From the NCBI RefSeq assembly GCF_022045235.1, contig NW_027266297.1:32054001-32118000 (forward strand): 64,000 nucleotides of DNA, read 5' to 3'. Source of the DNA: Haliotis cracherodii (lineage: Eukaryota). Below, piece after piece: positions 54,712-64,000 of this stretch (positions within the stretch are counted from its first letter, which is position 1; every line of letters begins with the position of its first letter). The notes below the pieces were generated by a model that saw only the letters and a list, made by a program, of their open reading frames with translations, did no database searches and was not told the DNA's origin. A program made the translations under genes and the position numbers.

Positions 54712-54987
54712 GACCCGTGAAGATTCCGGGGTAGAATAGGTCTTCAGCAACCCATACTTGCCATAAAAAGCGACTATGCTTGTCGTAAAAGGCGACTAAC
54801 GGGATCGGGTGGTCAGGCTTGCTGACTTGGTTCATACATGTCATCGATCCCAATTGCGTGGATCGATGTTCATGATGTTTATCACTGGATTGTCTGGTCC
54901 AGACTCGATTATTTTACAGACCGCCGTCATATAGCTGGAATATTGCTGAGTGCGGCGTTAAACAACAAACCAAAACCAAAACCAAAA
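54712..54987 (+). mobile_element. Non-tRNA-headed short retroposon (family 3), full length
   Basis: TSD ACTT(T/A)ACCAACG (54700-54711 and 54988-54999), empty site at ~53559, (AAAAC)n-type tail. Fragments lie at 1357-1560, 42837-43325, 53765-53890 and 58231-58417. Confidence 0.85.
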
Positions 54988-56487
54988 ACTTAACCAACGC
55001 GTGTTTCAAAACCTGGGGAAAACACGAATAACAAACTACCATATGTATACCGATGATGAAAGTATCAAAACAAAGCACTGAGAATAAGCTATTCAGCGGT
55101 ATCATTAAAGATTCCAACAAGCTGTGTACAATTATTGGGGAGGCAACAATGATCATAAATACATAAGAAATATCAGAGTGTACATATAAATTCCCCTAAT
55201 GTTTGAAAATCATAGTTACAAAAACATTTTCAATATATGGATAAGGTAGCGAACATACAGGAGCTGACTTAGCAAGAACATTTCAACTGATCAAGGAATA
55301 GGGATTTGAATTGGAGACTTAGTAACCAAGGATAATGACGACATTGATATGAAGTGATACAGTTAACTACAACGTGCTGACTAGAATTATACTGATTGTC
55401 GTTATGTCTTCAGTCAGACAATCACACACAGGTGGGAGCAGCATGGCTATTGGGACACTTCAGTCCGTCGTGGATGAAAGAATCGGAGTCCAAAACTAGT
55501 CCATTGATATTCGGAGGAATTGCCTGTTGGAAAGAAAGATACATTTGTTCTATATTAATCCAGAGATGGGACTGTTGAACATGCATTTAACAGATTATTG
55601 GAGCGGAACTGAATACACGTTTTTCAATATTTTCTGTGAAAAATGATGAAGAAAATTTTGGAGAACCTACTTGTCATAAACAATGGATGACGTCATTAAT
55701 TATATGCAAACAATACTTTGATAGGACGTGGCATTGCTATGGAATGCTTCACAAATAATAAAAACAATGGGATAATGGAATTACAAAACATATTAATTGC
55801 TAATCCATGCCGACTGGCTCAGTGAGAATTAATGTAAATGTTTGTACCAATATCCTTGCCCCAATGGATAATTTGCTATATTACTATGTTGATATAATTA
55901 CTTGCCTACTGGTATATGATGGTGCAGTGCACCATAGCGGTATCCTAGATGTCTGTAATCTTCATCGTATATGCTGCTGCAGTGGCCGAGCGTGCAGACT
56001 CACCCTGACAAGCGCGGAGACAGGTGCAGTGTGCTGCCACGGCAAGTGTACCTGCAAACATACAGATTGTGATCAGATGGCATTGCATGTACACAGGAAC
56101 AATGGATTAGGTGAGGTGAAATGGGGTTTAATGTCGCATTCAAGACTTTTGCACTTATATATCAAAATCATTCAATCAATTCCTGAAAAGAGACGTTCTC
56201 CAAACACAAGTAACCTAGAACAACAGCCTAAATGTGTCAGACTTGGTTATCAAAGTAGTCCGATTTCATGAAGTCTCAGTAGCCAGTCGCCACACAGTCA
56301 ACAGGCTATTGGTCTCACAGCCAACAGGCCACTGATCTCACAGTCAACAGTCCAGCAGAGAAAGAGAACTTCCTGCTTCATCGTTGGGGACCACGTCAAC
56401 CTGGTGTTACCTCATCGACACTATAGGAATAATTTTTTATGTAGAATATGTATAGTTTCTAGTCCATATCTCACTTGAACAGCTCTC

Positions 56488-57065
56488 ATGTTGCCGCCAT
56501 CCTCAGTTGTTGCCAGCCTCAGTTGTCAGCAGCCACCAGCCTCAGTTGCCACCAGCCTTAGTTGCCACCAGCCTCAGTTGTCAGCAGCCACCAGCCTCAG
56601 TTGCCACCAGCCCCAGTTGTTGCCAGCCTTAGTTGCCACCAGCCTCAGTTGTCAGCAGCCACCAGCCTCAGTTGCCACCAGCCTCAGTTGCCACCAGCCT
56701 TAGTTGCCACCAGCCTCAGTTGTTGCCAGCCTCAGTTGTCACCAGCCTCAGTTGTCAGCAGCCACCAGCCTCAGTTGCCACCAGCCTCAGTTGCCACCAG
56801 CCTTAGTTGCCACCAGCCTCAGTTGCCACCAGCCTCAGTTGTTGCCAGCCTCAGTTGTCAGCAGCCACCAGCCTCAGATGCCACCAGCCTTAGTTGCCAC
56901 CAGCCTCAGTTGCCACCAGCCTTAGTTGCCACCAGCCTCAGTTGCCACCAGCCTTAGTTGCCACCAGCCTCAGTTGCCACCAGCCTCAGTTGTTGCCAGC
57001 CTCAGTTGTCACTTGCCTTAGTTGCCGCCAGCCTCAGTGGTCGCCTGCCTCAGTTGCCACCAGTC
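56488..57065. repeat. 16-bp satellite GCCACCAGCCTCAGTT with variants
   Basis: Direct tandem iteration. It explains the SLSCHQPQL ORFs in all frames. Confidence 0.95.
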
Positions 57066-57743
57066 TCCATTGCAACCAGACTCTGTTGTCACCAGCATTG
57101 GTTAACACTAGCCTCAGATCCCAGCCACTGCCTCAGCCACAGTCAGGGACCACGTCAACCTGGTGTTACATCTCCACATGCAGTGAGTAAAACTGAAGAT
57201 ATAAACTAATAATTTGTTCTATAGGTATGATTTTTTAATGTATAATATGTATAGTTACTAGTCTATATCTCACTTGAACAGCTGTCATGTTGGTGCCTAC
57301 ATTTCATTGTTATTCGTCTGTCTACTACCCAACAAAGTTTCAAAGAGGGTCTCACACACATGTGAATTGATCGGCATGTTATGGAAGTTATTGAATAAAT
57401 TCTTAAATTAATAAAATACTGTCTATACTCCTACTTTGAAGAATCCTAGGCTTGTTTAGAAGGTATCAAATGAATACATCCAGAGCAGCATGGCTCAACC
57501 ACATCTGTATATATCCATTCTCGTGACAGGCCAAAATAGATTTTCAAAATTAATATGACAAATGCAGACTGAATTTGAAACATGGCAGAAACCTATGTGT
57601 ACCCTCACAGCTATAAACACTAAACTTTTATCAGTGTGGCTTTGAATTCCCAAAATATACTAAAATTCCACACCATTAACACTTGATCTATGTACGCTTT
57701 ATATATATTTGAATAAATTTCTTATGCCGATTTAGAAGTAGTA

Positions 57744-57904
57744 AGTGAGTTGTATTTTACGCCGCTTTTTATCAATTTTCAGCAATATCACGGCGGGGGA
57801 CACCAGAAATGGGCTTCACACATTGTACCCATGTCGGGAATCGAACCCACATCTTCTATGTGACAGGCCAACACTTTAACCACCAAGCTATCCCACCAGC
57901 CCCT
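57744..57904 (-). mobile_element. Family 4 SINE
   Basis: Same element and flanks as 54380-54540. Confidence 0.75.
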
Positions 57905-58230
57905 AGGTTTTGGAGTAGACAGTAACACGGCATGGAAGATACATTTTCTTAAGCGGAGTTTGGCTGCTATGTGGTGATGGTGATTGGAGTCCCATTTAAC
58001 CCACTCATGTAGAGGTCAGTCTCTCCTGGACTGCCGGGGAATACAATAGTCTGAGGCGCTTAACCAATGTGTGTTTCTAAACACCGGGAAAACACGAATA
58101 ACAAACTACCATGTCCATACTGATGATGTAAGTATCAAAATAAAGCACTGAACATTAGCTATCACAATGGTAGTGAACATATAAGAGATAACAAACATCA
58201 AGTCAATACATGGTATGAGTGTGCCATTAG

Positions 58231-58417
58231 TTTGTTTGTTGCACTCAGGCGATGGTCTGTAAATAATCGAGTCTAGACCAGACAATCCAGTGATTGACAT
58301 CATGATCATCGATCCACACAGCAAGTCTGATCACCCGATCCCGTCAGTCGCTCTTATGACAAGCATAGCCACCTTTCACGGCAAGCATTGGTTGCTGAAG
58401 ACCTATTCTACCCCGGA
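58231..58417 (-). mobile_element. Family 3 retroposon, internally deleted
   Basis: 14-bp TSD GAGTGTGCCATTAG (58217-58230 and 58418-58431). Confidence 0.8.
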
Positions 58418-58779
58418 GAGTGTGCCATTAGATCACTAGAGAATGAAATAGTTGGGTCACTCATTCTCTAACACATAATGCAATGACACTGAACGACCAC
58501 TGCTGGTCTTTGCCCAGCGGTGTCAGAAATAAAGCAGGGAAGCTGACTTTGCAAGGACATTACAACTGATCAAGGAAGAAGGACTTAAATTGAAGAGGTA
58601 GTTAATTATATCACTTCATATCAATGTCGTCATAAAACGTGCTGACTATAATTATACTGATTGTCGTTACGTCTTCAGTGTGACAATCACACAGGTGGGA
58701 GAGGCATGGCTACTGGGCAGACTCCAGTCCAGTTCAAATACATGTTTTTCAATATTTTCTGTGAAAAATGATGAAGAAA

Positions 58780-58970
58780 ATACCCCACCTAGACACAGTA
58801 TACTGACTCCGAGCCCATCAGTCCTTGTTTTAGCCCCTTTATGCCAAGCGCCAGACAGGGTAACAATAAGGACCATCTTTTAACGTCTTTTGGTATGACA
58901 CAGCTCGGGTTCGAAGCCCCAACCATCCGCTCTCCAGGCAGACGCTCTATCCACTAGACCATGGAGGTCT
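58780..58970 (-). mobile_element. Family 2 SINE, partial
   Basis: Aligns with 1095-1280 (TATACTGACTCCGAGCC, TTGGTATGAC, TCCACTAGAC). Confidence 0.7.
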
Positions 58971-59159
58971 TATAGTTCTTAAGACAGTTGTTTGGAACAG
59001 TCTGTCTACAACTGAATCTCATACCTTTTAATCATCAAATAAATGCAGTCTGAAACTCACCTTGTCACTTAGTTCTGTTCAACTCTGTTCTGTTCCCTAA
59101 CTCCGTGTATCAAGAATATGAACTGAAGTAATTTGACCATAATGTGACCCTTCAACCAA

Positions 59160-62100
59160 ATGTAATATGATATTTCTTCAGACACACCAGAGAGATTTGA
59201 CACACTCATTTTAACGAGGGAGAATTTCCTGTTTCAAAATCATTCAATCAATTCCTGACAAGATACGTTCTCCAAACACAAGTAACCAAGAACAACAGCC
59301 TAAAAAAATGAAACAAATTCCGATCAGAGCCATAGACATTTTAATAAGGTTGGTTAAACGAACAATTCTGATTCCAATCGCTCAGTGTCATGTCATTCTG
59401 ATGCACATAATTTGGATAGAAAATCTAAGAGACATTCAGTGCATTCTCATAAAGTCACACATCTAGATCAGAAAATAGACGACCAGGTGAACACTCAGGT
59501 GAACACAGCAGATGTTCTGATGAAGATTCCAACCAGTCACGTCTCAGTCATAAACGCCGCCATTCGGTTCGTAGTCACATATCAGCTGCCAGTAAGCTGT
59601 CGGATCATCAGGCTGCCAAACCTGCATGTATAACGGAGCAAGCCCAACTTAATGATCTTTGCCATAGGCGCCATGAGTAACAGGAGGCAGATGAAGTCTT
59701 AAGCATACTAGAAGATAAGGTGATTGAAGCCCAACATAAGCCGAAGAAGAAGTACGCACAGCACATATTCGGGCGCAGATGGTTGAACAAAAGGCAACTC
59801 AAAGGCGAGAGAGAATGCATGCTGAATTACAACAAGTAAGGAAGATTTGGAATTTGGAAAGAACTACATGAAGCCAAGCTACTTGAATATATGCTGACAG
59901 AGAATGATGAGCTACCTGAATCCCAGTCACCAAAGAAACTGAATCCTCATGACCCAGAATTTGAGCCTTTTTCCAATGACTTCACGGCAAATGTTACAAA
60001 TAGTGATAACACTGAAGCCCCCAAGATACAAGGTAGAAGTATGTACCAGAAATCTACTCATGGGTAACCGGTCAGTGAATCTTCTGTAGACCAGAGCCCC
60101 CTTCGTCCAGGATCTGTACCTGTACTCGCAACAGTTGATCCCCAGAACACTTATCCTACAGTCAACCCTGTTTCCCAACAAGAGGCTGTAACTCATGTGA
60201 TAAACAAATGTAAAAGGTATCCATCCCCTATGATACACACAATGCCTGATATGACTGAACTGATAATTGCTTCATCATATGGTATTCCTAAACCAACATT
60301 GCCCATGTTTTCTTCCGGTAGAGAAAGAGACCTTGCCATTCTTAAATTGGCGATAGAGAGCCCAGTCAATGTGCACCCCTACCTTTCCGAGCAATATAAG
60401 TATCAGTTACTTATTGGCCAACTAGAAGGCTCACCTAGGAGTCTAGCAGAAGCCTGTCTATATGATGTGAATTCATTTACCAGAGACACATATGGACACT
60501 CACGGCAGCTTGTGCAGTCTGAAATGGCTGCAATTATGCACTTTGTCTTGTAGGGTCATTCGCTAGTGGAAATGCTGAAATCCCTTGAAGGAGAAAATGG
60601 GTATGAACTCCGATGTGGCTCTCATGTTCATCGCCTTCTGGGAAAGTTACCACCTTCAGCTGGCGATAGTTTCGTTGAGTACTGCATCAACAAGAACATC
60701 CTCAGTACTGATAAAGATCAGACATACACCCTTGTTCACTTCTCCAACTGGTTGAGAATGAAAGCACTGGCAACAAGGATCGCACACCAAGCTGTTGCTG
60801 TGTACAGACCTGAAACTCAAATCGATCAACAAAGGATAATTCTCACCCTCCACAGAAGCGAAATCCTTCAACTGCAGTATTCTCAACCAAGATTGAACAG
60901 TCCAAACCTTAACACAGGCTGCTAAACCTAAGACATTTGCAGGTACCACAGGGTTTTGTGCATACTCCAACAGTTGTGAACATAGAACTATGAACATCAT
61001 TTCTATATCAGGTGATATATAGGATATGTTCCACCAGATTAAACTCCTACCTGAAGACAAACCCATCCTCAGATTCCTGTGGCGCAATTTAAACAATAAT
61101 GTGGATCCAGATGTCTACGAATGGCAGATCCTGACCTTCGGGACTACTTGCAGTCAATGTTGTGTGACCATTGCCCTACTGAAGCAATTGATGATCAGCG
61201 GCGAACCCTGAAGTTATGAAGAGAGGCTTTCTACGAAGACAACTGAGATACTAGAAGACTTGCCTGCAGAGACCATGTCAGATACCTTCGAGCTGTGGGC
61301 AAGTCTTGGACATGATGATAAGCAAGAACCTGCTCTTGTATTGCACTGGAAATGTAATACTGACGAACATAGCTTCCAGTATCGACCAGTTACATATGAT
61401 AAACTGAAAATGAAAGTTGTGTAAAAGATCCTTGCCACATAGTATGATTGGCTACTTGACACTGTTCACGTCAAGAGCCAGAAATTTGGTGCAGGACCTA
61501 AGGCGATCAAAACATAAATGGGACGCTGTGATAGAAACTGGAAAACTTGATGATCAGTGGTGTAAGTGGGAATCTGAACGGTGTGAAATCCCTCAAGTGT
61601 GTCTACCAATATGCTACACATCTAGAAACCATGATCCTTCTCAGTCACAGAAACAACTGCACATATTCTGTGGTGCTTCGGAGTGTGCCTATGGTTCAGT
61701 TGCCTATTTGAGAAGTGCAGATAGTAATGGTGACATAGCTGTCAGTTTTGTGGCTGCGAAAAGTAGAGTGGCTCCTGAGAAGCTGCTCTCAATGCACAGA
61801 CTAGAACTCTCTGCTGCCCTTACTGGTGCACAGTTAGCCGCTAAACTTCACAAAACATCGAGTTTGATGATCCAAGATACCATATTGTGGAGTGACTCAA
61901 CAAATGTCAGTCAGAGTCCTGTCAGTACAAGGTGTTTGTTGGGACTTGGGTCTCTGAGATACAATCCCTGACTCCTGCAGACAGCTGGCGTTATGTGAAC
62001 ACAAAGGATAACCCAGCCAATGTTGTCACAGGAGGTTTAACCTTGCAGGAACTCTATGTTGCCTCCCAATGGAGGAACAGTCCTCTTTTCCTTTTAGAAT

Positions 62101-63845
62101 CCTCTGAGAAATGTCCGACACTCATAGACACATGTGATATACCTGATGCTGCTGATCGAGGTAGCAGATGAACTGAAGGAAAGTTTCTGTTGCAATATCT
62201 CAGCTGTGAACCTTCATGATTGTTCTCAGTACAACAACTGGGAATCACTAGTCAAGGCTACCATGGAATGCCTTGATGGGGCGACCATAAGTGATCAAAT
62301 TGATGAAGTTGAACTCATAGTGAAAGCTGAAACACTGTTGTTTCAACAAATTCAGCTGGAATGGCTTCCTGATGGAATTGCATCATTAAGAGAAGGCAAA
62401 GAAATAACCTGTACAAGCAAACGTATAGAACACAATCCAAAATATGACCCATCTGATGGCATGGTAGGAGTTGGTGGTAGACTCAGACAGGCCGAGGGAC
62501 TCCCAGACAATGTCAAACACCCTAAAGTCCTCCACCCTAAACATCCCATAACAAGACTCATCATCAAGGACTTTGATGAAATCTTGCACCATTATGGACC
62601 AGAATGCAGCTTCGCAAAAGTTCGATGAAAGTTATGGATACTGAGGGGATGGGAAGCAATCTGGCGCCATCAGAGACTTTGTACAGCATGTCAGCGATCG
62701 TGTGCATCTCCTCAGATACCCCAGATGGCAGATCTCCCCCATCACGCCTTCAACTGTACAAACCCGCATTCTACTCGACTGGTGTGGATTGGTTTGTACC
62801 AGTGTGGGTCAAGATTGACTGCAGAAGAGGAAAGCGATGGGGAATAGTGTTCAAGTGTCTCACAACCAGGGCAGTTCACCTGGATCTGCTGGAGAGTATG
62901 GACAGTGATGCTTTCCTCATGTCTTTGAGACGATTTATAGCCCACAGAGTGAAACCCTATGAAATACTTTCAGATTTTGGTACCAATTTCAAGGATGGTG
63001 ACCTTGAGTTGACTGAAGCATTTACCTCAATGAGCCCTGAGATCGCTCAGCAGTTGACCAAGCAGAAGATACACTTCAAGTATAATCCACCTTATGCACC
63101 TCACTTTGGTGGCTGCTGGGAGAGTGAAATAAAGTCTATAAAACATGGCCTTAGAGTTGTCCTCGGAGATCAGTCAGTGGCTGAGCCAGTCCTGTGAACT
63201 GTTCTTATAAGAGTTGAAGCCATAATGAACTCAAAACCCGTGTGGTGATGATGTGGTGTTAATCATTGACCCTCAGCAGATTCGGGTGGTTTGTCGTGTA
63301 GTTGAGACTTGTGTGAGCGCGGATGGTAAAGTTCGAACTGCAAAAGTTCGGGTTGATGATAAGGAATACACCAGACCCGTGTCAAGACTAGTCAAACTTC
63401 CAAAACTTGACAACAATTGATTGTTTGTGTTTACTGATGTATCGCACAATAGACAATGTCAAGTGACTTTGCACCTCAAATTTTTCTCACAGCCGCCCCC
63501 AAATTTTGTTCCAGTGTTTGAAGCGCCTTGATTCCTATTCCATTTTGTGATTACCTGATTCCTGTTGATTCCAAGTTTTTCTAAATCCCATTTTTAGACG
63601 AATAAATGGCAACTTCCATGAGGTGTGTGATTCCTTTTGATACCTATTTGACCCTACTTTACAGAAGGTATAAACGAATCATTAACACTATAGGAATAAA
63701 GTTTTATGTATAATATCTACAGTTTCTACTCTAAATCTCACTTGAACAGCTGTCATGTCAGTGCCTAAATTTAATTGATATTTGTCCATCCACTACGCAA
63801 CAAAACTTTAAAGAGGGTCTCACACACATGTGAATTGATCGGCAT
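59160..63845 (+). mobile_element. Degenerate BEL/Pao LTR retrotransposon (gag, partial RT, RNase H, integrase, partial 3' LTR)
   Basis: Gag: YGIPKPTLPMFSSG..EQYKYQLL, HRLLGKLP. RT: MFHQIKLLPEDKPILRFLWR..FGTTCS. RNase H: LHIFCGASECAYGSVAYLR..AKSRVAP..RLELSAA..WSDST. Integrase: TGVDWF..FKCLTTRAVHLDL..SDFGTNF..PHFGGCWE..RPVSRLV. Many stops and frameshifts, and the protease and YxDD region appear deleted. Confidence 0.9.
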
Positions 63846-64000
63846 CAGGGCTCGCATCGCACACCTAAAATGAAAATGGCACAGCTAAATCATGATCTTC
63901 GTGCCCCGATCGCACGCTTGGAAAATAGGAATTAATAACCTAACTTTGCCATATAAGGCATATTTTAATGATAAATATAAATCTCGTCAGCAATAAATTA
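63846..64000. mobile_element. Possible end of a hAT-like DNA element interrupting the LTR
   Basis: Homology to 57345-57378 stops abruptly at CAGGGCTCG. The other end is outside the window. Confidence 0.3.

Noticed and set aside
56488-57209. Pro/Gln/Ser repeat ORFs
   Set aside because: A 16-bp unit (not a multiple of 3) gives the same peptide in all frames; it is a satellite.

Overview
AT-rich eukaryotic genomic DNA, most likely a gastropod mollusc. The SINE families resemble those of abalone, but this is an inference. No prokaryotic genes, rRNA, tRNA or CRISPR are supported. The core is a ~33-kb tandem array (~5.2-38.2 kb, minus strand) of five intact, spliced 5-exon genes of ~460 aa plus one deleted remnant. 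Each encodes an intracellular VWA domain (DTTGS MIDAS variant), a Lys-rich linker and a C-terminal domain. That domain resembles, by recalled motifs, the GIY-YIG-like domain of plant EFFECTOR OF TRANSCRIPTION (ET/HRT) proteins, but its catalytic residues look degenerate. The genes fall into two VWA subtypes (A: copies 1-2; B: copies 4-5), with copy 3 a mosaic. All share a TATA+Inr promoter carrying clustered p53-family half-sites and a perfect CRE. The rest of the window is transposon debris: four SINE-type families, two MITE families, and Penelope, MULE, Gypsy, LINE and BEL/Pao relics. There are also four satellites.
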